A DNA stretch of 27,091 bases, from positions 1-27,091 of IMG/VR virus record IMGVR_UViG_3300048591_000337; one strand, written 5' to 3'. Positions 5,158 to 14,320 of this stretch are shown piece after piece. This DNA comes from a virus. Its lineage: Duplodnaviria; Caudoviricetes. Each line of letters opens with the position of its first letter. Positions within the stretch are counted from its first letter, which is position 1. A program made the position numbers and the translations under genes. Below the pieces are notes generated by a model that did no database searches, was not told the origin of the DNA, and was given only the letters and a program-made list of their open reading frames with translations.

Positions 5158-6058
5158 TGGGAGCCTCGCTGACTGGAGCCTCTGGCTCCTGCTCGGGATC
5201 TACTGAAGACGCAATCAGCCGCTCGGTCAGGTCATCCAGTCCCAGTCTCTTTGCAGTGCCCTGGATGACTTCAGCGCCGCCAAAAGAGTTCTCCGAGTCG
5301 ATCGACAGCGCCCGAACGCTTTCTACATCATCGATCACACACCAACCCCGCGATACCGCGTAGTGCATCGCTGTCTTCATGGATTGCTCAATCGGCCATT
5401 TGTGCCAAGGGTCAGACTCTCTAGCCCAGTCGTTAGCCAGAGCAAACCTATAGGCATCGGATTGATTTCTACGAAGCTCAATAACCGACTTTGGCACCCA
5501 GCCGCGAAAAGTCACAATGCCGCTTGTTCTGTCTTTTACCAAAACAACCACACCGCGCAGGTCGTCCATCGTCGCCGGTGGATTGTCGATGTCGCGAGAC
5601 TTGACTACAGCCTCGCCGCCATCGTCTACTCCAATATCGTCTTTGTAGGAAATCGGAATCGGTATCAAGGCTTGATCGCATCGCTTTGCCAGTGCAGCAA
5701 TACCGCGATGAGAAAGCTCATATCGAAGTATTGGTGGCTCACCCTTCCTAGCACGCCGAGGGATCGCGTAGGCAAGAGCGTTTCGAGTCGTTCCGACCAT
5801 AATTCCAGTCAACGCAGAAATTGCGACTACAGAACCGATACTTTCTTTTGTGCAGTTATAGAACTCGTCTGGTTTCTTGCTGCTAGCTGCTGCTGCTGAC
5901 AACGCGATCGAAACTCTTCCTATCGCGTCAGCCGCCCTCTCTTCTCCGACCCAGTCTGTTAGCAAGCTGGTCGCGATTGCAGTACATGTTGCCCGAAACT
6001 GCCTTGCTGGTGTCAATACTGGCTGCTTGTTGTCGCTGTTTGTTACTGCTGTACTCAT
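5147..6058 (-). CDS. recT: RecT-family single-strand annealing recombinase
   Basis: RecT-like motifs AYAIP...YELSHRGIAALAKR and SDPWHKWPIEQSMKTAM; lies next to a YqaJ exonuclease. Confidence 0.8.
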   Translation of the reverse strand: MSTAVTNSDNKQPVLTPARQFRATCTAIATSLLTDWVGEERAADAIGRVSIALSAAAASSKKPDEFYNCTKESIGSVVAISALTGIMVGTTRNALAYAIPRRARKGEPPILRYELSHRGIAALAKRCDQALIPIPISYKDDIGVDDGGEAVVKSRDIDNPPATMDDLRGVVVLVKDRTSGIVTFRGWVPKSVIELRRNQSDAYRFALANDWARESDPWHKWPIEQSMKTAMHYAVSRGWCVIDDVESVRALSIDSENSFGGAEVIQGTAKRLGLDDLTERLIASSVDPEQEPEAPVSEAPSAS

Positions 6059-6088
6059 AATGCCAATACCCTTCTGCTTAGATAAAAA

Positions 6089-6424
6089 CTAACCCTCTAA
6101 AGACGATCTAAACTCAATCAGTGCGGCAACGTGCAATTCAAGTGACTTTACTTGCCGCTTTAGCTCCTCGATCTGCTCCTGCAAGCACTCATTGCTCAGA
6201 CGCTTTTGGTATGTCTCAACCACCCGAGTAACTTCCATCTTGGCATCCTCGCAGACACCGACGATATTTCGGCGAGTCACCGGAAACTGAATCGCTTTGG
6301 AAAAATAAGAAATGGCCTCATCCCAATTTTTCAGCGGGCTTTCCAGTGCTGAAATGGCGTCCCGCAGTTCAAACGACTTCGCGCGACCCAAGACATTCTG
6401 CCGTGTTCCCCTGACACCACCCAT
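6089..6424 (-). CDS. Hypothetical protein with C-terminal coiled coil
   Basis: ATG overlaps the YqaJ stop (TAATG); LQEQIEELKRQVKSLE heptads. Confidence 0.65.
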   Translation of the reverse strand: MGGVRGTRQNVLGRAKSFELRDAISALESPLKNWDEAISYFSKAIQFPVTRRNIVGVCEDAKMEVTRVVETYQKRLSNECLQEQIEELKRQVKSLELHVAALIEFRSSLEG

Positions 6425-7419
6425 TATTTGCCCACCCTTCTTAAAACGCGAAACGTAGAACACTTCTCACACTCAAGCGCGATCTCTGGATGTCGCTCCC
6501 GCAGCAAATCCGCGTCGATCGACCTGCGCGACTGCTCCTTCCACGAATACCGCCCACCACCAGGCAGAGAGCCCCAGGTAGCCCCACCGATCGCCGCTTT
6601 CAGGCGGTTCTCGATGCCATCAATCTTGGCCTCGATCTGCTTTCGCTGGTCCTTCAGCTCCAGCAGCTCTCGGTCCAGATCGAAAAAGTCAACTGGCAAG
6701 CTCACTTCCTCGCCCGAGTCATGCGGGTAGATCAACCCAATGACAGCCTTCGTCGCCTCCGACTCATCGACCGGCGGCATTTCCTTTTTAAGCACGTAAA
6801 TCCAGAACCGAGCCAGCTTACTCAGCATGGCCTCGATAAATCGGTCGTTCCGCTCGATAAGCCTAATACTCAGCTCATCGCCACCAATCAATCCAACCAG
6901 GTAGCAATGACTCGCACCCGTAACCGCCATCTGAGTCTGGCACTGCACCATGTACTTCAAAGGTGGCTCGATGTCCTCATCCCAATCGCCGCGAAACCGA
7001 CCATTGACCGCTTTCAGCTCCACTGGGATGCAGCCATGTTCTGGGTGTCGGCACCACCTATCGAGAGTCGCAAACAGCCACTCATAGGTGTCACTGCGAT
7101 AGATCGTGAAGTCGCCTGGATCGACGGTCTCAAACCCCGTTTCCTCCTCGAACTCCATCGCGATATACGGCTCCAGCCGCTTGCCCCTGTTCATGCGTTT
7201 CAAAGTGGCCGCGTCAAACTCTTGCTTGGCCGCTCCGGTCTTCTCTGCCCAGACTGTGATCGGGCTGGTATTGGCGTAGCCAACACCGAAGATACTCGCC
7301 ACTTCGCTGGCACCGATGCCAGTCCTCCGAGTCTCCAGCCACTGCTCCCGAGTGTCATGGAACTCGGTTATCGATGTCCACCTGCTCTTTGTCTCGTACT
7401 TCTCCGCTGTCTCCGTCAT
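6424..7419 (-). CDS. YqaJ-like viral recombinase exonuclease
   Basis: WLETRRTGIGASE, GKRLEP, ATLD, VELK and YMVQCQTQM motifs. Confidence 0.93.
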   Translation of the reverse strand: MTETAEKYETKSRWTSITEFHDTREQWLETRRTGIGASEVASIFGVGYANTSPITVWAEKTGAAKQEFDAATLKRMNRGKRLEPYIAMEFEEETGFETVDPGDFTIYRSDTYEWLFATLDRWCRHPEHGCIPVELKAVNGRFRGDWDEDIEPPLKYMVQCQTQMAVTGASHCYLVGLIGGDELSIRLIERNDRFIEAMLSKLARFWIYVLKKEMPPVDESEATKAVIGLIYPHDSGEEVSLPVDFFDLDRELLELKDQRKQIEAKIDGIENRLKAAIGGATWGSLPGGGRYSWKEQSRRSIDADLLRERHPEIALECEKCSTFRVLRRVGK

Positions 7420-7549
7420 CCTTCTCAATCCCCTTGCATTTGATCCCATAACCACGAAGCGCAACCTTCAAAAACTTGCGCAGCCTTATAGCTGCTGGGC
7501 TCGGCCAGCCCTTTTCAATTACCTCAACCTCCAGTCTGTATTTGGCCAT
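7355..7549 (-). CDS. Small basic hypothetical protein (64 aa)
   Basis: ORF in the operon; IRLRKFLKVALRGYGIKC amphipathic segment. Confidence 0.55.
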   Translation of the reverse strand: MAKYRLEVEVIEKGWPSPAAIRLRKFLKVALRGYGIKCKGIEKDDGDSGEVRDKEQVDIDNRVP

Positions 7550-7790
7550 CCTTAGCCGCTCTCCTTACTCGCTCCCTGACTTCACTGGCCACTTCGTAGT
7601 GGCTCACGTATCGGCCAGGGTATTCGTCGCTCAGCGCGTTGGAGACTCGCAAGGCCAAGCGATTAACCGACTCCATTGGCTCTTCGTCGGGCTCAGCCCC
7701 CTCGAAGAATTGCCGCTCGACTTCAGCCACCGCAACCTGATGCAGTTCATCGGCTGTCAGTCGTAACGCCTCTGGAATCGCCATCATCAT
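7524..7790 (-). CDS. Hypothetical protein
   Basis: ATG overlaps the upstream stop; acidic helical composition. Confidence 0.6.
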   Translation of the reverse strand: MMMAIPEALRLTADELHQVAVAEVERQFFEGAEPDEEPMESVNRLALRVSNALSDEYPGRYVSHYEVASEVRERVRRAAKDGQIQTGG

Positions 7791-8158
7791 TTCCCCCAAA
7801 CAAGCCACTCGAAAAACAACGACCATAAACTCACCGGCTTGACTGGCTTCGGGACTGGTCTCGGAAGATCGCTCAAAGTCCGCATCTCCGCGTCCCTATC
7901 TCGCCGCTCGCAACACGCATGGCACTGGCATGCACTACCGCAAGCCTCTGGCCATTTCTCCCTGATCATCGCGACCAACTCAGCCGCGTCGTGAAAGTCC
8001 AAACCTGTCAGCAGATCCGCAGCCTCGCGACCAGGCCAGCGGAGCGCTTCGTACTTTTGATCCAGATTGCCATGCACGATGTACACATGACCATCCTTTA
8101 CGAGTCCAGCCGCAGCGGTCCTGCCAACAACAACGTCCGCTTCAATTTGCTTTAACAT
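7787..8158 (-). CDS. Hypothetical protein with a CxCxxC cluster (123 aa)
   Basis: ORF with an AAGGA RBS; CGSACQCHACC. Confidence 0.65.
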   Translation of the reverse strand: MLKQIEADVVVGRTAAAGLVKDGHVYIVHGNLDQKYEALRWPGREAADLLTGLDFHDAAELVAMIREKWPEACGSACQCHACCERRDRDAEMRTLSDLPRPVPKPVKPVSLWSLFFEWLVWGK

Positions 8159-8221
8159 GCTGGCAATCCTTTGCGTAAATGAGGTTCTGAATAGCCCCAG
8201 ACATACAACGCCCCCTTGAAA

Positions 8222-9001
8222 TTAGTTATCGTTTACCCACGCCCTAATCGCAGCCTTTGAAATGTCGCTGCACTTCGCCCAAAACTTTTTGAACTCATCG
8301 AGCTTGTTGTCTTCCTTCGGTTTCTGAAGTTGCTCCTCTTCTTGTTCTTCCACATCCTCGTATTCAATCGCTTCCGGTTGAACTAGATGATTTATTGACT
8401 GTTTTGGTTGCGTCGCTTCCTTAACAACTTGCCTAACCGCCTTGATGCCTTGCTTTAAAATCTTCGCTTGCTCTTTCTTGTCAGGCACTGCTTTGACAAA
8501 CTTAGCCGCAAGGCTTGAGGTGATCTCGTCGCGCTCCATCGCCTCAACAAGCTCTTTGCAACCGCCTTTAATTGCAGCCTTGGCTCGCTTGACTGATGGT
8601 TCGCTGACGTTCAACTGTGCAGCCGCATCTGCCAAAGTATCATTTGATCCCTTGCCACCTGTGTGCTGATTTCCGCGCTCTCCACCATGTTTCAGCTTCG
8701 CCAGCTTCGCCGCCACCGTTTCTCGCTGCGTTTCACTCAGGTGCCTGCGATGCAGGTTATGGCTGATAACGTACTTCCAAGGATCGGTATCAGGATCAAG
8801 CTCCGACACATGGGGATTACGCTGCAGCTCCTCGCACGCCCGCAGCCGGTGCCTACCATCTATTAGCTTGTCGCACCAAACAACGATATCCTCACGCTGT
8901 CCGTTTTCTGCGATGTCCTTTTTTAGTCCCTGATACTCCTCCTCAGTCATCGGAGGAAACAACGTAGCTGCTGGATGCACTTCATACTGATGCTTTAGCA
9001 T
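8222..9001 (-). CDS. ParB/Srx N-terminal domain protein with HTH
   Basis: HPAATLFPPM...LIDGRHRLRAC...NLHRRHL motifs; AAAQLNVSEPSVKRA HTH. Confidence 0.88.
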   Translation of the reverse strand: MLKHQYEVHPAATLFPPMTEEEYQGLKKDIAENGQREDIVVWCDKLIDGRHRLRACEELQRNPHVSELDPDTDPWKYVISHNLHRRHLSETQRETVAAKLAKLKHGGERGNQHTGGKGSNDTLADAAAQLNVSEPSVKRAKAAIKGGCKELVEAMERDEITSSLAAKFVKAVPDKKEQAKILKQGIKAVRQVVKEATQPKQSINHLVQPEAIEYEDVEEQEEEQLQKPKEDNKLDEFKKFWAKCSDISKAAIRAWVNDN

Positions 9002-10367
9002 TGCTCTTTGCCTCCATGTAGTCTTTAACTAGATAGCCCATCGCCTGCCCAAAGTCTTTGAACGAAAACTTAAAAAGCTCGTTCCCTTTTTCGTCATGGC
9101 GGCACCCGTAGTCGGCAATCAAAGCAACTGCACAAGCAGTCAATGCTGCCCTATTAGATTCAGACTTAGCCAAGGCAATCAGTCCGTTGTTTAGGTTGAG
9201 CGAAACTCGCATTCCAGCGCGATCAAACGAACCAAGCACTGATTGGTCTAACTCACACCAATCGAGAATGTACCCGCCACGCCTGCCAGTCTTGCCGTTA
9301 GTGCAAAGCGAATCACCAAGACCATGAACCTTGCTGGCTTTTGTATGCTTTTTACCAGTGCTCTTTGGTGCTATAGAGCCAACAGAATCTCCTTTGTCTC
9401 TCTTGGCCTTGCCTTTGTTCGCTTCATTGACTGCCTGATTCAGCATTTGCTGAAGTTCACCACGCAGAGCAGATGATTCGATAGTCTCGGCAAGCTGGTC
9501 AGCCTTCTTAAGAACGTGCTCGATGCGAACAAAAATCGCATCAGCCAATCGCTCTTGGTTCTCGCTCAGGTCGTCTTTGTTTTTAGCTAAAGCCCAGCCT
9601 TCACCGAGATGAATCGTTCCAGCCATGCGTCGCACGCTGTATTGTCCAGCACCTAGCGAATTGGCATCAATGATTCTATGGCCATAGACCAGCCAAAACG
9701 GCCCTCGTTCTATTGAGACGCCATCCGGCAAAATACCAATGTCAATCCTTACGGCCTTGCCATCAATTTCAAACTCGGATTGCACAACATCGTTTCGCAC
9801 TGGCATCTCAACCGGCGGCAAAACCTTCTTCTTGCCATTGATGGACCTTACTATCTGAATGCCATGAGCAATTGCAGGGGTGAAGACAAACGCCAAGCTC
9901 TGGAAAGCATCTTCATTGGGCTGCTTCTTCCCGTTTCGCAGCGGCAGCTTAATGACTGTTCCCGATGGACCGTTGCAATCTCGGATTTCAGGGTCTGGGA
10001 CGTTCCAATTGTTCTGCATCCACTCGGTATAATTCACCTTCATTGTGGATTCTTTCTTTCCGCAGCACGTGACTACCTCCATTGTGTCAGCGCAAGAAAG
10101 CCAAGCATCCTTTGCACCAATCCCATATCGACCTAGCTTGCTGGTCTTTCGGTGCTTGTGATCGCCAAGCTTGAAGACTGAAGTAATATCTTCGCATCCA
10201 GCACCGTCATCAGAGACAGTTAGAACTCTGTTGGTAATGTCGATAACGACACGTGTTGCACCGGCATCAAGAGAGTTGTCTACTAGCTCAGCAAGAGCCT
10301 TCCACCAAGGAAGATTTGCATTAGCAAGCGAAGCCAGTAAATGCGGTGCTGGTGGCAAGTGAACCAT
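8982..10367 (-). CDS. GHKL (HATPase_c, MORC-like) ATPase
   Basis: ELVDNSLDA, DDGAG, GRYGIGAK and GT boxes. AGGAG RBS precedes ATG 10367. Confidence 0.88.
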   Translation of the reverse strand: MVHLPPAPHLLASLANANLPWWKALAELVDNSLDAGATRVVIDITNRVLTVSDDGAGCEDITSVFKLGDHKHRKTSKLGRYGIGAKDAWLSCADTMEVVTCCGKKESTMKVNYTEWMQNNWNVPDPEIRDCNGPSGTVIKLPLRNGKKQPNEDAFQSLAFVFTPAIAHGIQIVRSINGKKKVLPPVEMPVRNDVVQSEFEIDGKAVRIDIGILPDGVSIERGPFWLVYGHRIIDANSLGAGQYSVRRMAGTIHLGEGWALAKNKDDLSENQERLADAIFVRIEHVLKKADQLAETIESSALRGELQQMLNQAVNEANKGKAKRDKGDSVGSIAPKSTGKKHTKASKVHGLGDSLCTNGKTGRRGGYILDWCELDQSVLGSFDRAGMRVSLNLNNGLIALAKSESNRAALTACAVALIADYGCRHDEKGNELFKFSFKDFGQAMGYLVKDYMEAKSNAKASV

Positions 10368-10426
10368 ATCCGTACTCCTAAACCCAAAAGAATCCTGCAA
10401 GCCAGCGTAGTGCCAGCCTGCCACTA

Positions 10427-10666
10427 CTACTTCAGAACAACGCTGACCTTTGCAGCCAGCCAGTCTTGAATCTGCTCGGCAACGTCTTCACAACGTCGCT
10501 CGCCTGCCAGCCTGAAAGCCTGCTTAGCCCCACGAAAAACGTGGAACCACTCAGAGATTTCCTGCCTACTAGTGGGAAGCAGAATTGCGTCCCGAACTTC
10601 GGCGAATGTGTCGCCTTGAGAAATCCGATCGAGTGCTTCGAATGGATGGTAAATGCAGTCAGACAT
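10427..10666 (-). CDS. Hypothetical protein (79 aa)
   Basis: GGAGGT RBS before MSDCIYHP. Confidence 0.7.
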   Translation of the reverse strand: MSDCIYHPFEALDRISQGDTFAEVRDAILLPTSRQEISEWFHVFRGAKQAFRLAGERRCEDVAEQIQDWLAAKVSVVLK

Positions 10667-10700
10667 AACACCTCCCAAGTGGGCTAGGGTAACTAATAAA

Positions 10701-11231
10701 CTAAACAACGTGACGCCAAGTCTTACCACAAATAGCCCGCGATGCAGTTTTGTGACTCACGCCAATCTGCTATGCAAGCCAAGAAATACTAATACCTAGC
10801 TCATTGTGAAGAACCCGCAGGTTCCTGACTGTACTCTCGTTCAGCACCGCATTCCATGAACGCTCGCCTCGAAAGTGATTTGATCGACCACGCAAATATG
10901 CGTCCTTCACATTTCTCGACTGATCAACGCACTCAAGATGCTCCGGGTTGACACAAAGCCTATTATCGCACTTGTGAGCAATCACCATATTATGCGGGAT
11001 TTCTTGTCCGTTAGCGATAACCCACGCTGCCCTATGAGCAAGCACATTCCACTTTGACCCACCGACCTTTTGGCACAAAACACCGTACCCGTCAACCGTC
11101 GCACCTTGCCACTCAACGCAACCCGCCAAATTAGGCTGAGATTTGCCTCGCTCCATACTGGCAAGCAGCGATGGGTTTACGACAATTGGTCGCTTCTTTT
11201 GTTTTTTCTTGTCCATGCTACCCACCTGCAA
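10701..11231 (-). pseudogene. HNH endonuclease with C-terminal HTH, interrupted by an in-frame TAG at 10770-10772
   Basis: CVEWQG...GYG...AHRAAW...HKCDNRLCVNPEHL...N motif. The frame continues past the stop: WLA*QIGVSHKTASRAICGKTWRHVV*. Confidence 0.8.
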
Positions 11232-11258
11232 ATTATTTCTAAATCCAAACCAAAAAAA

Positions 11259-11435
11259 CTACTTAGGCTTGCAGCCCCTATTTGGTTTCCAATGCTTTCG
11301 AATCTTCGCAATGTCAGCATCGCTTAGCATGTGAGCGTATCCGTATTTCTTTCCAAGACTCAACGCCTTCGCCCACCGTGTTACAGTTGCGATTGAGCAG
11401 TTAAGTTCTTTGCTTGCTTCCGTTGCTGTTTTCAT
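11259..11435 (-). CDS. Small helix-turn-helix DNA-binding protein
   Basis: TATEASKELNCSIATVTRWAK. Confidence 0.75.
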   Translation of the reverse strand: MKTATEASKELNCSIATVTRWAKALSLGKKYGYAHMLSDADIAKIRKHWKPNRGCKPK

Positions 11436-11443
11436 GATGTTGA

Positions 11444-11472
11444 ATGTTATCGGCAACAAAAACCTTTTGCAA
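11444..11472 (-). promoter_or_regulatory. Putative sigma70-like promoter, near-leaderless
   Basis: TTGCAA-17 bp-TAACAT, ending 8 nt before ATG 11435; overlaps a GCCGATAA motif. Confidence 0.5.
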
Positions 11473-11480
11473 TAGGTATT

Positions 11481-11681
11481 CTAAGATTTTTTAGAATTAT
11501 TTTTCCTCGGCTGCCCAGGCGTTGCCCGTTCGCTTAGTTGGTCCCTGACCTCCTTCGGTAAGGACCGATTGCACTGCTTGCCGATCCATGCAGCCAAAGA
11601 CAATCCAGCGGATTTTGCCGCCGCCTCCCATGCAGCCCACCAGTCAGTGGGCTGGGTTGTGTTTCGCCGTTCGTTGGTCAT
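11481..11681 (-). CDS. Probable ribbon-helix-helix DNA-binding protein
   Basis: Short beta-like N-terminus, then WAAWEAAAKSAGLSLAAWI. Confidence 0.65.
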   Translation of the reverse strand: MTNERRNTTQPTDWWAAWEAAAKSAGLSLAAWIGKQCNRSLPKEVRDQLSERATPGQPRKNNSKKS

Positions 11682-11962
11682 TATTCGACCACCATCAACG
11701 CATCGCGTGCATAGCTAGGTCCATCGCTAAAACCTTCAAGGCTCTGAATCGCACGCCACGTTGCGGAGTCAACCGTTGCTCCACCTTCTCGGACTTGATT
11801 TGCGATCTCTGGGTAAGCTTCGTCAAATGCTGCCCAAAAGGTTTCTGCGTTATTTTCAAAGTCTGCTTTGATAGTGACTTGCTTTGTGTTTTTATCGATC
11901 ATGCTCAGGTGCTTTCGGTATTGTCGAGTCCCAGAATTTCTTGCTGAGTTTTGCTTTTTCAT
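11681..11962 (-). CDS. Hypothetical protein
   Basis: First ORF after the promoter; TAATG coupling to the next gene. Confidence 0.6.
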   Translation of the reverse strand: MKKQNSARNSGTRQYRKHLSMIDKNTKQVTIKADFENNAETFWAAFDEAYPEIANQVREGGATVDSATWRAIQSLEGFSDGPSYARDALMVVE

Positions 11963-12017
11963 TTTGCTGTCCCCTGTGTTAGTTGTTTTCGGCTCGCGAC
12001 TGTCGCTTGCACGATTC

Positions 12018-12061
12018 TATTATACACACAATATCGGGCACAGCAAGAGTATTGTACACAC
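12018..12061 (-). promoter_or_regulatory. Putative early promoter flanked by 12-bp direct repeats (operator candidates)
   Basis: TTGCTG (12046-12041)-16 bp-TATAAT (12024-12019). Repeats TATTATACACAC 12018-12029 and TATTGTACACAC 12050-12061. Confidence 0.6.
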
Positions 12062-12133
12062 TTTTTGAAATTATTTCAGAAGTTTTCCCAGTCGGGAAAA
12101 TAGCCGGTTTTTAGAAAAACCAGGCTTGATTTC

Positions 12134-13489
12134 TTACCGATCGGGATACGGAAAATGCCGGTTGACCATCTTTAACGCCTCGGAGCGCCGGCAGCTGTAG
12201 AACCTTAACCAGCACCGTACCAGCCGCGATAGTTCTGGCTGCTCCCAATCGCCCAGAACGCGAGTAGCCGTGTCCCCCAGCCCTTTGTCCTCTGGCTGAA
12301 CCAACTCGCGGAGTTGGGCTATTACAGCTTCATGTTGCTCATAAGGTAGCTCGTTGATTTTTTCCCGTACAGCGCGGACCTCATGGATTGCCAGCGAAGT
12401 CTCCTCGGGTGCTTCGTCACAGCAGCCCGCGACCACTACAGGGGTAACTGTGATCGTTGCGTTTTCGTACCGGCAAGACCCTTCGTCCCCTGGGTCGCTG
12501 GAATCGTAGTCATCGTCGATTCGCATATCCTCTGGCAACGCGGAACTGCCAAAGCCCTTAAACCAGTTCCATTCGTTTTGGCCGTTGTCATCAGGCAGGA
12601 TTTGCAGCTGCAGCGTTTTCTCGCCTGTCGTTGCGTTGCAAAGCAACACCACGCTAATTTGGGAGTTTCCTGCAAAGCAGTCATGGGGGCCGGTCACTGT
12701 CGCAGCAAATGAAGGATTGCAGCCGCATTGATCCTCGAAGCCGACTCCAGTCTGCAAAGTGACCCTGACAGACACGCTTTCCAGGCAAGTGCAATTATTG
12801 GACTCAATGTCTGCAATGGTCACGTCAAAAGCCGCGATCGTTCGATTGACCGTTGGGAAGCAGCATGACCGAGCGCACCGAGGGCATGTGGTGTTGTGGA
12901 GGTAGTGGTCTGAATAGGTGATCTCAGACCATTTGGTGACTGTGGAACTACCAGCACCTATCGCAAACCAGTAGCCGCTAGCTGTGCCGCAATACCTCTG
13001 AGTAAGACCACCGCTGACCGATGACTCGAACAGGTTGTCACCCATGCAGACGGTCCAAATCAAAGTCGCATCGGTTACGACGTAGCTTTCCTCAAACTCC
13101 ACCGAACCACCAACCACAATCCGCTGAGTAATCTCGTTGGTGTCGATCACTTCAATTTCAGTGTAGGTATCAGTCGGCGAGCCGCATGGAGTACCAAGAC
13201 TGCCGTGGAAAGCATAGATGCGGAACTTCTGTCCAACCGTATCGGCTTCGATTGTTGCCGTGAAGATTCCGTATGGATGCCCAACCATGTGTTTGAGCAC
13301 CATCTTGGAATCGCTTGCTCTGCTGACGATTCCAGTGAACGCTGGGGAAGATGGGTTTATCTCCCAGTCGGTCCAGTCGCCTCCGCACACTTCCCAGTCC
13401 GGCTCAAGCAACGTTTCGTCATTGCTGGTTCGCTGGAATCCGTCTGAGTATTCGTAGCAAGGCCCGCAGCAGCATCGCTTGGTCGGCAT
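12134..13489 (-). CDS. Cysteine-rich putative virion (tail tip/receptor-binding) protein
   Basis: Last gene of the tail module. MPTKRCCCGPC start, many Cys clusters, beta-rich middle, C-terminal KGLGDT...NRHFPY. Confidence 0.7.
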   Translation of the reverse strand: MPTKRCCCGPCYEYSDGFQRTSNDETLLEPDWEVCGGDWTDWEINPSSPAFTGIVSRASDSKMVLKHMVGHPYGIFTATIEADTVGQKFRIYAFHGSLGTPCGSPTDTYTEIEVIDTNEITQRIVVGGSVEFEESYVVTDATLIWTVCMGDNLFESSVSGGLTQRYCGTASGYWFAIGAGSSTVTKWSEITYSDHYLHNTTCPRCARSCCFPTVNRTIAAFDVTIADIESNNCTCLESVSVRVTLQTGVGFEDQCGCNPSFAATVTGPHDCFAGNSQISVVLLCNATTGEKTLQLQILPDDNGQNEWNWFKGFGSSALPEDMRIDDDYDSSDPGDEGSCRYENATITVTPVVVAGCCDEAPEETSLAIHEVRAVREKINELPYEQHEAVIAQLRELVQPEDKGLGDTATRVLGDWEQPELSRLVRCWLRFYSCRRSEALKMVNRHFPYPDR

Positions 13490-13911
13490 CAGGCATCCCC
13501 TGCTACGCAACATCGATCGTGGGCCACATAGTGGCAGGGTGTAAGCTCGCCTTCTTCGGCTTCAGGATCTTGAGAGGCTGCAATCCCCCTGCCAAACCAA
13601 ACCCAAACACCGTCCAGATCTTCAATCGGCAAATCGAAAACACACCCCGACCAATCCACCACTTGAACAGACGTTCCAACCACAGTGCCTTCGTTGCAGG
13701 GGCCGACTTCCACCATGACCGTTCCGACTTTTTTGCCGGTATAGTGCCCAGTACCATCAGTTAAAGCAGTTAGCGTTCCCTGGTAGGTCGCACCATCACC
13801 ACCCAAGTCCCTTGGCACAATCTCTGGGAACTCGCCATCCGTGTTGCCAATGAGGTTGATTACCTCAATCGTGTCGGCTTTATTAAAGCCATAGACTTTA
13901 TCGTCAGGCAT
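13489..13911 (-). CDS. Hypothetical tail-region protein (140 aa)
   Basis: Coupled ORF in the tail module; ends HDRCC. Confidence 0.75.
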   Translation of the reverse strand: MPDDKVYGFNKADTIEVINLIGNTDGEFPEIVPRDLGGDGATYQGTLTALTDGTGHYTGKKVGTVMVEVGPCNEGTVVGTSVQVVDWSGCVFDLPIEDLDGVWVWFGRGIAASQDPEAEEGELTPCHYVAHDRCCVAGDA

Positions 13912-14318
13912 TATGCCCTCGGTATGCCAGTGGCACGAATGTCCAAGTCAAGCTGTGTTGCCGTAGCCGCTGTGCCCAATCGAGTTACGTTGTAGCCAGT
14001 TGTCAATTCACTCGCTGCGATGATCTCTCCAGCAGTCGCACCCACGTAGTACGTTTCGCCTACCACCATCGTCGTACCAACCAGGATGATACTGCCACCA
14101 AAAGCAGCAATGCCATACCCACCATCTACTCCAGGTGTCATCGCAATGCACTTGGCCGCAGCTGCTGTCGCCGATAAGTTAGCATCGGCTAGCTTGTGCT
14201 CATTGTCTGCGCTGTCTAAATACAATGGATTCCCAGGGGCCACAGTCGCACCATAGGGCACGTTCCGATAGTCCGTGTTGGCGGTTGGCCTGACTGCTGT
14301 GATTCCAGTAAGCGGCAT
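13911..14318 (-). CDS. Ala/Gly/Thr-rich virion protein, decoration/cement-like
   Basis: GATVAPGNPLYLD...KLADAN...GETYYVG pattern resembles small virion decoration proteins. Confidence 0.65.
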   Translation of the reverse strand: MPLTGITAVRPTANTDYRNVPYGATVAPGNPLYLDSADNEHKLADANLSATAAAAKCIAMTPGVDGGYGIAAFGGSIILVGTTMVVGETYYVGATAGEIIAASELTTGYNVTRLGTAATATQLDLDIRATGIPRA

Positions 14319-14320
14319 GG

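Noticed and set aside
6490-7443. 317-aa plus-strand ORF and the other plus-strand ORFs
   Set aside because: These are antisense shadows of well-supported minus-strand genes, with no motifs.
10770-10772. Genome-wide TAG recoding with a suppressor tRNA
   Set aside because: TAG ends several genes cleanly (14321, 17856, 22456, 6089), long genes are not fragmented, and none of the tRNA-like elements shows a CUA anticodon.
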